Assembly: GCA_937952145.1 (NCBI GenBank)
Contig: CALFYE010000301.1
Span: forward strand, 3,362-67,361
DNA from: an uncultured Myxococcales bacterium
Lineage (GTDB): Bacteria; Myxococcota_A; Polyangia; Palsa-1104; JAEUJZ01
Reading direction: 5' to 3'
DNA length: 64,000 nucleotides
In this document: positions 1-7,624 of the stretch, one piece after another
Layout of the letters: the number at the start of each line of letters is the position of its first letter
Position numbering within the stretch: position 1 is the first letter of the stretch
Translations under genes and position numbers: made by a program
The notes under the pieces: model-generated
Seen by the model: only the letters and a program-made list of their open reading frames with translations
What the model was told of the DNA's origin: nothing
The model's database searches: none

Positions 1-836
1 TTGTGAACGCGGCGGCTGCGCAGCTCTTCGTACAGCTCTTCCAGGCGACGGCGGTTGGTCAGGAAGTTGTCGTCGAGGATGAAGACGAAGCGCTCCTTGG
101 CGCGCTCCATCTGATCGACGATCTTTTTGGCCGACAGGTAGCGCGTGCGGCGCTCGTAGAACTCCCAGATGGCGCAGAAGTTACAGTCGAAGCTGCAGCC
201 GCGCGACGTGAAGATCGAGGCCATCGGCTGCGCCACCATGAAGAAGTAGTGCTTGCGATAGTGCTCGACCAAGTGCGCCGCCGGCATCGGCAGCGAGTCG
301 AGCTGCGTCGATTGCGAGCGGGCGGCCGTCTTGCGGAAACAGACCACCGGCTGGGTCGCGGTGCCCTCGCGGTAGACGATGCCGTTGATCTGCGAGAAGT
401 CGGGCGGCGTGCCGGCCCCCTTGGCGCGTTCGACCTCGCGGACTAGCTCAGCGAAGGTGTGCTCGCCTTCGCCCCGCACGATGACGTCGATAAAGGGGTC
501 GCAGAATTCTTCGGTCGAAAGCGTCGGGTGATGGCCGCCGATGACGGTGACCACATCCTTGGACCAGCGCTTGGCAGAGTAGAGCAGCGCCTTGGCCTGA
601 TAGCAGTCGGTGGTCATGCTGGTGACGCCGACGATGTCTGGCTTGAAGGTGCGCAGGGTATCGGTGAATACCGTCGCTTCTTCGATGCGCATATCGAGGA
701 TTCGCACTTCGTGCCCTTCCCCGATTACCGCGCCGGCGACCGCAGTGAGCGCGACCGGCTCGCTCATCCAAATCATATTCTCAAGACCAAGTCGGCCCTT
801 TTCAAACGGGGCTGGCTGCGCAAGCAGAATACGCAT
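1..836 (-). CDS. B12-binding-domain radical SAM protein (class B rSAM); 3' end runs off the window
   Basis: This ORF is not in the supplied track because it has no stop inside the window. The reverse complement of 836..3 reads MRILLAQPAPFEKGRLGLENMIWMSEPVALTAVAGAVIGEGHEVRILD...VIGGHHPTLSTEEF...IVRGEGE...FTSRGCSFDCNFCAIWEFYERR...FILDDNFL. That is a B12-binding-like N-terminal segment followed by the CxxxCxxC radical SAM cluster motif (CSFDCNFC). AAGGAG lies about 10 nt upstream of the ATG at 836. The + strand ORF 3..446 is its antisense shadow. Confidence 0.85.
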   Translation of the reverse strand, partial: MRILLAQPAPFEKGRLGLENMIWMSEPVALTAVAGAVIGEGHEVRILDMRIEEATVFTDTLRTFKPDIVGVTSMTTDCYQAKALLYSAKRWSKDVVTVIGGHHPTLSTEEFCDPFIDVIVRGEGEHTFAELVREVERAKGAGTPPDFSQINGIVYREGTATQPVVCFRKTAARSQSTQLDSLPMPAAHLVEHYRKHYFFMVAQPMASIFTSRGCSFDCNFCAIWEFYERRTRYLSAKKIVDQMERAKERFVFILDDNFLTNRRRLEELYEELRSRRVH

Positions 837-1349
837 CGATCGATCACTCCTTTGCCGGTATTACGATTCCGGCATCGTTCCCAGTTCCCAAGGTCGATGT
901 CTTATGGCTGTTTCGTGGCCCTCGCCTTCCGGATTTCCGGACTACTTCGGCGCACTCTCATTCCTTTGCCCACACCCCAATACCGGCGAGTCCGTAATCC
1001 CTCACTTTTACGATGATCCGACAACAGGGTTTTGGCGCCATCCAGCGACGAGGTTTCCCAAGGCAGGGGGATAAGCTCGCAATGCAGGAAGGAATCTTGC
1101 GGAACGTCGACCAGACCAGGTTTGTGGAAGGTTTGGTAATCACGGCCGGAGTTCCGAAGTTCTTATAAGGGTCTGTTTAGAATGCACGATCGGAGTTGTG
1201 AATCAAGAACGGAGTATGCGATTTTGTGAAGTACCGCGGATCAGATTCCGGAGAATCAACCAGACTCCCCAGACTGCGGTTGTTGGCACGACGAGTCATC
1301 CTCGTTGGCCTTTGCTTCCACCCTCACGTTCCACCCCAAGGGGCCCATC

Positions 1350-3008
1350 TTGAAGATCTCCTTCGTCGCGACCCGCAAGAACTTTGATCGCACCGAGCGT
1401 GAGCTGTACGAGATGGACCTGATGCTGCGGGTCCTAGGCTTCAAACGCTCATTCCTAGACCTGGGACTGCTCACTGTGGCGGCGTGCACGCCCAGTCACG
1501 TCAACGTCGAGATCTTCGATGAGTACTTCGCGGATCTGGACTACGACTTGAAGACCGATGTCGTCGCCCTTTCGGCCAAGACTTCGTGCGTGTCGAAGGC
1601 CTACGATGCGGCGCAGCGCTATCGGGCACGCGGCAAGCGCGTGATCTTGGGCGGCATCCACGCCTCGCTGCGACCCGAGGAAGCGCTGCAGCACGTCGAC
1701 TGCATCGTCACCGGCGAGGCGGAAGCACTGTGGCCGCACGTCGTCCGCGACCTAGAGGCGGGCAAGCTGAAGTCGCGCTACGACGCCGTGGGGTATCCGC
1801 CGATGGATGCCATCCCGGTGCCGGCCTGGCGGGCGGTCGACACCAGCCAGTACCTGTTTCATCAGCTGCAGACTACGCGCGGCTGTCCGTTCCGCTGTCG
1901 CTTCTGCAGCGTGCCGGATATCTCGGGACAGGACTTTCGTTTCAAGCCGGTGGAGTGCGTGGTGAATGAGCTACGCGGACTGCCGCGTGGGCGAGGACCC
2001 ATCGCCGCCGGCAAGCCGCTTTACATCGTCGATGACAACTTCATCTCGCGCGTGAAGTACACCAAGGACCTGCTGCGAGCCCTGATTCCGCTTTATGAGG
2101 CGGGTCAGATCCCGACCTGGTCGGCTGAGACCACACTCAACGTCGCGAACGACGAAGAGATGCTGGATCTGTTTCGCGCCGCTGGCTGCTCGACGATGAT
2201 CATCGGCTTCGAGTCGGTCAGCGAAGCGACGCTTAACGACATGGACAAGCCGGTGAACTTTTGCCTGACCTTCCCCGAGGCTGTTGATCGCATCCACGCG
2301 CGTGGGATCACCGTCGTCGGCAACTTCATCGTCGGCTTTGATACCGACACGCGGGCGGTCTTCAAACAGACGCTGGAGTTCATCCAGAAGACCGGCATCT
2401 TGTATCCCTTCTTCAGCATCCTGACGCCGATGCCGGGCACTAAGCTGTTTGATGACTTCAAGGCGGCGGGGCGCCTGGATCACGAACGCTGGGATCAGTA
2501 CGACACCCGCCACGTCGTCTTCGAGCCGCGCCATATGCGCCGCGATGAGCTGATGGATGGCTACATCTGGCTGTACGAGCAGGCCTACGGCACATCGCTC
2601 TTGCTGGATCGCATGGAGCGCAACTGGCAGCGACGGCCGCGCACGAGCTCCACGCTGGCTGAGAAGGCCTTCATCGCGGCTCGCCTGGGTCGTGAAGTGC
2701 TGCACGGCGATGCCGAGCTACGCGGGCTCTACAAAGACTCGTTTAGTCTGCTGTTCAACCGCCACCTGCACAGCGATGCCGGGCATCTGCTGTTCCTGCT
2801 GGATGGCTATGACTTCGCGCGCTTCATGCGGCGCTATCGCTCGCCAAACTACCGCGACAACTACCTGACCTGCGACCAGCCCGAGCGAATCAGCGACGAT
2901 AAACAGCAGCAAGCCAGCGCGGCCCAGACGCTGAATGTTCTGCAATGGGAGAACAAGAAGGCGGTGCTGCGAACGAACAAGCGCTCGCTGCCGGTGGTGC
3001 AGGGCTGA
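1350..3008 (+). CDS. B12-binding-domain radical SAM protein (class B rSAM, about 550 aa)
   Basis: Track ORF 1305..3008. It has the motif TTRGCPFRCRFCSVP (CxxxCxxC) after a B12-binding-like segment (VVALSAKTS...ILGGIHASL...IVTGEAE), plus a long C-terminal extension. The start is uncertain because 1305 and 1350 are both TTG. I prefer 1350, which is preceded by AAGGGG at a 6-nt spacing and gives (M)KISFVATR. Confidence 0.85.
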   Translation: MKISFVATRKNFDRTERELYEMDLMLRVLGFKRSFLDLGLLTVAACTPSHVNVEIFDEYFADLDYDLKTDVVALSAKTSCVSKAYDAAQRYRARGKRVILGGIHASLRPEEALQHVDCIVTGEAEALWPHVVRDLEAGKLKSRYDAVGYPPMDAIPVPAWRAVDTSQYLFHQLQTTRGCPFRCRFCSVPDISGQDFRFKPVECVVNELRGLPRGRGPIAAGKPLYIVDDNFISRVKYTKDLLRALIPLYEAGQIPTWSAETTLNVANDEEMLDLFRAAGCSTMIIGFESVSEATLNDMDKPVNFCLTFPEAVDRIHARGITVVGNFIVGFDTDTRAVFKQTLEFIQKTGILYPFFSILTPMPGTKLFDDFKAAGRLDHERWDQYDTRHVVFEPRHMRRDELMDGYIWLYEQAYGTSLLLDRMERNWQRRPRTSSTLAEKAFIAARLGREVLHGDAELRGLYKDSFSLLFNRHLHSDAGHLLFLLDGYDFARFMRRYRSPNYRDNYLTCDQPERISDDKQQQASAAQTLNVLQWENKKAVLRTNKRSLPVVQG

Positions 3009-3009
3009 C

Positions 3010-3933
3010 ATGCGGGTCATGGTTTGGGCGCTTGCCCTGGGCTTGCTCGCTGGGGCGGCCTGCGGCGATGGCGGCACGGTCTCTTCTGCGTGTAAGTCGG
3101 ATGAGTCGTGTCTCTCTGGGGATGCGGTGCGCTGCGTTGCCGGGAGCTGCGTTGTGCCGCGCTGTCCCACGGGGAGTCGCTATGTCACGGGCGGTCGCTT
3201 TCGACAGGGCTGTAACGCCATGGAAGCCGACTGCGAGAGCTCGGCTCAGCCGGCCCATAGCGTCACGCTGAGCAGTGGCTTCTGTCTGGCCGAGCACGAG
3301 ATTTCGGTCGCAGAGTATCGTCGCTGTTTAGGGCAGGGCACCTGCACCGCCCCCGTCGCGCCGGAGTCGCTGGCCAGCCTGCGCTGCTCCAGCGATCGCG
3401 CAACCTGGACCGAGGGGGCGACTGGCGATGAGACGCTGCCCATGAGCTGCCTGCTGTGGTCGGAAGCAGCGGCGTACTGCACCTCGGTCGGCGGTCGCTT
3501 GCCCACGGAAGCGGAGTGGGAGCATGCAGCCCGCGGACGCGATGACCGATCTTTCGCCTGGGGCACCAGCGATCCGGTGAGCTGCGATCAGGGCGCCAAT
3601 TTCTTAGGCCTAGGCTGTTCCGGTCTACCCTGGTCGACCGTCGCATCTGAACGCAGTGGCAGCATGCTGCGCGGTGCGTTCGGGCAGGTCGATCTGGCGG
3701 GAAATCTGTCCGAGTGGGTGGCCGACTACTTCGACGCCAAGGCCTACGGGGTCTGCAGCGCGGGCTGTGAAGATCCGGCGGGGCCTGGAGCTGGCGAGGT
3801 GCGGGTTCGTCGTGGCGGAACCTTCTTGAGTCCGGCGAGTGAGCTGCGTTCCTATGCCCGTGAGTTCCATCGTCCAAGCGGGCCGCGTTCCGATCTGATC
3901 GGCGCGCGCTGCGCGTTCGACTTGACGCGCTAG
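3010..3933 (+). CDS. Exported formylglycine-generating-enzyme (FGE/SUMF1/EgtB/PvdO) family domain lipoprotein
   Basis: The in-frame ATG at 3010 lies 1 nt after the TGA of the upstream rSAM gene. The N-terminus MRVMVWALALGLLAGAACGDG is a signal peptide plus lipobox. FGE-type motifs are present: HSVTLSSGFCLAEHEISVAEY, GGRLPTEAEWEHAARG, NLSEWVADY, VRRGGTFLSPASELRSYAR. Confidence 0.8.
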   Translation: MRVMVWALALGLLAGAACGDGGTVSSACKSDESCLSGDAVRCVAGSCVVPRCPTGSRYVTGGRFRQGCNAMEADCESSAQPAHSVTLSSGFCLAEHEISVAEYRRCLGQGTCTAPVAPESLASLRCSSDRATWTEGATGDETLPMSCLLWSEAAAYCTSVGGRLPTEAEWEHAARGRDDRSFAWGTSDPVSCDQGANFLGLGCSGLPWSTVASERSGSMLRGAFGQVDLAGNLSEWVADYFDAKAYGVCSAGCEDPAGPGAGEVRVRRGGTFLSPASELRSYAREFHRPSGPRSDLIGARCAFDLTR

Positions 3934-4040
3934 CAGTCGGAGATCCAGCTACGGCTGAGACCGGCCAGCCGGCCAGTCGCGGATCGCTCGCCTCGTCACG
4001 ATATGATGAGAGAGCGAACGTCTTGCCGCGGGGGTGACCG

Positions 4041-5399
4041 ATGTCGCGCGTTGCTTGTGCCGTGCCTTGGATCGTGGCTCTTGTCACGTTGTCGCAGCTG
4101 GCTAGGCCTGCCCCCGTGCACGCTACGCCATGCCCCAATCTGGCGTTCCTTATCGACCGCTCGAATTCGATGCTGAACACCATGGCTGGCACGCCGCCGA
4201 TGGCGGGAGAGCTGTCGCGCTGGCGGGTGGTGCGGGATGCAATCTCGATGGTGCTGGCGCAGTACGATGACAAGCTACCGATCGGCCTAGCGTTGTTTCC
4301 CACCCCTGGCAGTACCTGCAGCACAAGCAGCTTCACATCGAGCCCAACCTATGGTCGCCAAGCCGCGATCCTGGCGACGCTCGACGCTGCAGAGTCGCTG
4401 CCGGGCAGCATGGCGCTGACGCCGACCTGTGGTGCGGTGAACGCGCTGGCCGCCGACTCGCCGCTAAAAGACCCGTCGCGGGCGCAGTACATCGTGCTCA
4501 TCACCGATGGCAAGCCGCTGTGCCAGAGCTCGGCCGGCTGCACCTGCGATGCCTGTGGCTCGCTTGGGGCCGTCAACGCCGCTGTCGAGTCGCTGCGGCA
4601 AGCTCGCAGCCAGTTGCCGAGCATCCATACGTTTGTCGTGGGCTTGGGGGGCAGCCTGGACGCGACCGAGAAGCAGATCCTAAACGACATGGCAGCCGAG
4701 GGCGGCGAAGCCAACCCCGATCCCAGCGTCGATTACTACCCCGCGGATACCGCCGCTGCGCTGAGCAGCCAGCTCGCGGCCATCTTGCGCACCATCGCGG
4801 GCACAGACGCTTCAGGCGGTGGCAGCCTGGCCTGTGATGACTCGTGCTACAGCGCGGGGTGTCTGATGGGAAACGCCTGCGTGCAGGCGGTGTGCCGCAG
4901 CAATCCCTGCAGCAGCCTGCGCTGCGACAGCGGTCAGTACTGCTACTTCGACGGCAAGACGGCGAGCTGCCTGGCCCCCTGCACCCAAAGCTGCGACGCT
5001 GGCAGCCGCTGCGTGCGGGGGGGCTGCGCGGTGGATGCATGTGGCGCGCCCTGCGGTGCGGGGCAGCGCTGTGATGTGGCCAGCAAGTCGTGCCTGCCCG
5101 ATCCGGCGTGCAGCGGCGTCACCTGCAAGCTGAGCCAGGCTTGTCAGGCTGGCCGCTGTATCGACGACCCGTGTCGCTATGGCCAGTGCCCAGATGGCTT
5201 CGCCTGCGTGCCGTTCGAGGGCAGCTGTGTGGCAGCGGGCGATGGCACGGCGGGGCGTGGCTGTAGCTGCACGATGCATCGCGAGACGGCACCTAGCCGC
5301 GCGCTGGCAGCTCTCGCCCCGCTGGTTACGGCTTGCGCTGTCTACCTTGCGCGACGGCGGCGCTCACGTCGAGCGTTGGGGGCTAGCGTCGCAGGTTGA
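4041..5399 (+). CDS. Secreted von Willebrand factor A domain protein with Cys-rich repeats and a MYXO-CTERM-like tail
   Basis: There is a signal peptide. A vWA MIDAS-like start is present (LAFLIDRSNSM ... T ... ITDG). The C-terminal half holds roughly six Cys-rich modules (C..G.yC....C..C). The tail GRGCSCTMH...ALAALAPLVTACAVYLARRRRSRR is Gly-Cys plus a hydrophobic helix plus an Arg cluster, as in the MYXO-CTERM sorting signal. The 3' end overlaps the convergent kinase gene by 17 nt. Confidence 0.75.
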   Translation: MSRVACAVPWIVALVTLSQLARPAPVHATPCPNLAFLIDRSNSMLNTMAGTPPMAGELSRWRVVRDAISMVLAQYDDKLPIGLALFPTPGSTCSTSSFTSSPTYGRQAAILATLDAAESLPGSMALTPTCGAVNALAADSPLKDPSRAQYIVLITDGKPLCQSSAGCTCDACGSLGAVNAAVESLRQARSQLPSIHTFVVGLGGSLDATEKQILNDMAAEGGEANPDPSVDYYPADTAAALSSQLAAILRTIAGTDASGGGSLACDDSCYSAGCLMGNACVQAVCRSNPCSSLRCDSGQYCYFDGKTASCLAPCTQSCDAGSRCVRGGCAVDACGAPCGAGQRCDVASKSCLPDPACSGVTCKLSQACQAGRCIDDPCRYGQCPDGFACVPFEGSCVAAGDGTAGRGCSCTMHRETAPSRALAALAPLVTACAVYLARRRRSRRALGASVAG

Positions 5400-7314
5400 C
5401 GAAGTCGTAGCGGAAGCCGTAGCTGTCACCATCGCTTGGCGGCGGTAGGCGCAGGCCACGGATAACGCCGAGCACGCAGGCGGCTCCGTCCTCGGCGCCG
5501 TCGATATTGGCTTCGCTGACCCGGCCGTCGGCCTGGACCGTCAGATCGACGGAGATCTTGGGTGGCGGACTGCTGTCGGCGGGATAGCAGCGCAGCACGG
5601 CAGGCATGGCGCGACGCATGACCGCATTGACGTTGAGTGCCGAGTCGTTCAGTCCCGGGCCGGCCTTGCTGGGGGCAGCGGCTGGCACCGGGCCGGTGGC
5701 GATTGGTCGTAGCGGGCCGCGAACCTTCTTTCCGCGGACCAGCATGGGGGTACCGGGCTTGCTGGCGGTCGTCGCAGGGGGCTCGGCGGCGGCGACTGGG
5801 GTCTCGGCGACTTCCTCGGGGCCGCGAATCGGCGGCAGCTTGTCAAGGTTGCCGGTGCGGCGGGTCGCGGCGGGCTTGGTATCGCCGGGCAACGCCGCGG
5901 TTGCGCCGGCTGGAATCGGTACCTCGACGGGCGCCTTGACCCCGGGCTCGACGACTACTGGCGGTGGCGTGGCGGGGGTCTTCGGCAGGCTAGGATCAGC
6001 AGGACGGTCGCTGGGCGGAGGCGGTGCAGTGGTCACGACCCCCGACGAGCCGACTTCGCCCGGCTGTGGCCCGGTGCCGCCAACCACGGTGGGAGCCGCC
6101 CGGCGCGATAGCACCAGGTAGCCGATGCCGATGACCAGCGACATCGCCGCAAAGCCGGAGCCCAGCACCACAAACAGGCCACTCTTGCGCGGTGGCTGCG
6201 CGACCGGCTTGTCTGCGATCAGCTCGCCCCCGCCGACGCTCGATGTGGCCGACGTGCGATCGCCCAGCGTCCCCGGGGGCAGCGGCGGCATCTTGCCGCG
6301 ACCAGGACCCGCGGCACCCAGGCCCAGCACCGGCGCCACGGCAGGCACCAAGAGCTGAGCCGCCACATCCATCGACTTCTTCAGCAGCGCGCGCTGCGCC
6401 GCTTCCAGCGCATCCTTGAGTGCTACTGCCGTCTGGTAACGATCCTCAGGACGTCGCGAGCAGGCTCGGCGAATGATGTCATCGACGAGCGGAATGCCCT
6501 GACTGGCGAAGTCAAAGGGCGGCAGCTTGGCCGCCATGATCTGCTGTCGCTTCTGTTCAAGCTTTTCAGCGCTGAACATTTTTTCGCCGACCAGGCACTC
6601 GTAGAGCAGCGCGCCGACCGCGAAGATATCGGCGCGCGCATCGACCTGGTGCGAGTCGCCGCGCGCCTGTTCCGGCGACATGTACGAAGGCGAACCAAGC
6701 AGGCGTCCGGTGCCGGTGATCTCGACGCCATCGAGGAGCTTCGACAGCCCAAAGTCGAGGACCTTGAGCGTGGTGTCGAGCTCGTCAGGACCGGGCGCTT
6801 CGACGCGGACCAGGAACAGATTCTCGGGCTTGAGATCGCGATGAATGACGCCGCGGCGATGCGCAGCGTTGAGCGCGTCGCAGAGCTCGATCATGAGGTG
6901 GATGGCGAGGCGTGGCGGCAGGGGGCCTCGCTCCAGGCGGTCGCGCAGGGTCTCGCCCAGCACCAGCTCCATCGCCAGGTACGGCCAGGAGTTGGGATCG
7001 TCGCGGAAGTCGGTGATGGCGACGATATTGGGGTGCCCAAGCTGGAAGGCGCTCTGGGCTTCTCGGCGGAAGCGCGTCCGCAGCTCGGGATTGGAGACCA
7101 GCTGCGGGTGCATGAACTTGATGGCGCATGGCCGCTGCAAGTGCAGGTGGAAGGCGCGATAGACGACGCCCACGCCGCCCTTTCCCAGCTGCGAATCCAG
7201 ACGGTAGATGCCATCTAGCACATCCCCCGGCTGGGGCTGCTTGCGGACCTTCAGCGCGGTCGCCGAATCCACTTGGTGAGGGATGTGTTGCTGGTCACTC
7301 ATGCCATGGCTCAT
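5383..7314 (-). CDS. Hanks-type Ser/Thr protein kinase with a single TM segment and a C-terminal AgmX/PglI/TonB-C-like domain
   Basis: Kinase motifs: GKGGVGVVY (Gly loop), AIKF (Lys), HRDLKPENLF, DFGLSK, SPSYMSPEQ. These are followed by a Pro/Ala-rich linker, a TM helix (GLFVVLGSGFAAMSLVIGIGYLVL), a second Pro-rich linker and a C-terminal domain (VMRRAMPAVLRCY...VSEANIDGAEDGAACV). Confidence 0.9.
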   Translation of the reverse strand: MSHGMSDQQHIPHQVDSATALKVRKQPQPGDVLDGIYRLDSQLGKGGVGVVYRAFHLHLQRPCAIKFMHPQLVSNPELRTRFRREAQSAFQLGHPNIVAITDFRDDPNSWPYLAMELVLGETLRDRLERGPLPPRLAIHLMIELCDALNAAHRRGVIHRDLKPENLFLVRVEAPGPDELDTTLKVLDFGLSKLLDGVEITGTGRLLGSPSYMSPEQARGDSHQVDARADIFAVGALLYECLVGEKMFSAEKLEQKRQQIMAAKLPPFDFASQGIPLVDDIIRRACSRRPEDRYQTAVALKDALEAAQRALLKKSMDVAAQLLVPAVAPVLGLGAAGPGRGKMPPLPPGTLGDRTSATSSVGGGELIADKPVAQPPRKSGLFVVLGSGFAAMSLVIGIGYLVLSRRAAPTVVGGTGPQPGEVGSSGVVTTAPPPPSDRPADPSLPKTPATPPPVVVEPGVKAPVEVPIPAGATAALPGDTKPAATRRTGNLDKLPPIRGPEEVAETPVAAAEPPATTASKPGTPMLVRGKKVRGPLRPIATGPVPAAAPSKAGPGLNDSALNVNAVMRRAMPAVLRCYPADSSPPPKISVDLTVQADGRVSEANIDGAEDGAACVLGVIRGLRLPPPSDGDSYGFRYDFVNLRR

Positions 7315-7532
7315 CTGGCGTCCCCCCTCCCGCTGCGGCGGCAGGGGTAGACCGTTTATCGTAACACGCGGCGGCCCGGCTCCGCGGTTCTTGCGAAGAA
7401 CTTCGCTAGCTTAGCGCGGCCATCATGGGCGGGATGGCTCGCGGGATGAAGCGGGGCTGGCCTGGCCAGTCACGGCTGCGTCCCGACTGGCGTCAGCGGA
7501 TCCAGGATTCGCAGAAATCGCAGCCTATCGAT

Positions 7533-7581
7533 CTAAGCCTACCGACTAAGCCTACCGACTAAGCCTACCGACTAAGCCTAG
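7533..7581. repeat. Tandem repeat, 13-bp unit CTAAGCCTACCGA x3 plus a 9-nt partial copy
   Basis: Read directly from the sequence. Units at 7533-7545, 7546-7558 and 7559-7571 are identical, and 7572-7580 repeats the first 9 nt. The repeat is intergenic, between the cysteine desulfurase stop (7625) and the kinase start (7314). Confidence 0.95.
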
Positions 7582-7624
7582 CGGTGCCGGGCGGGCGGGC
7601 AAGGGCATTCCTTGCGACGGTTCG

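Noticed and set aside
837-1349. A cobalamin riboswitch, or a RiPP precursor-peptide ORF, between the two B12-radical SAM genes.
   Set aside because: I could not find the B12-box/GCCACUG-type core on either strand. The candidate small ORFs are ATG 905 (56 aa, MAVSWPSPSGFPDYF...), ATG 1082 (28 aa) and ATG 1216 (45 aa). They lack convincing RBS spacing, and GC3 is only about 59% for the longest against very high GC3 in real genes here. The question stays open for an Infernal or Ribo-seq check, but I do not claim either feature.
3263-4336. A 357-aa minus-strand ORF spanning the FGE-like gene, the intergenic gap and the vWA gene start.
   Set aside because: The product is Arg/Pro/Ser-rich and low-complexity. 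It crosses a clear intergenic region and runs antisense to two genes with strong domain signatures.
7533-7581. The possibility that the short direct repeats are a CRISPR array.
   Set aside because: The units are 13 bp and directly abutting with no spacers, so this is a microsatellite-type tandem repeat and not CRISPR. No cas genes are present in the window.
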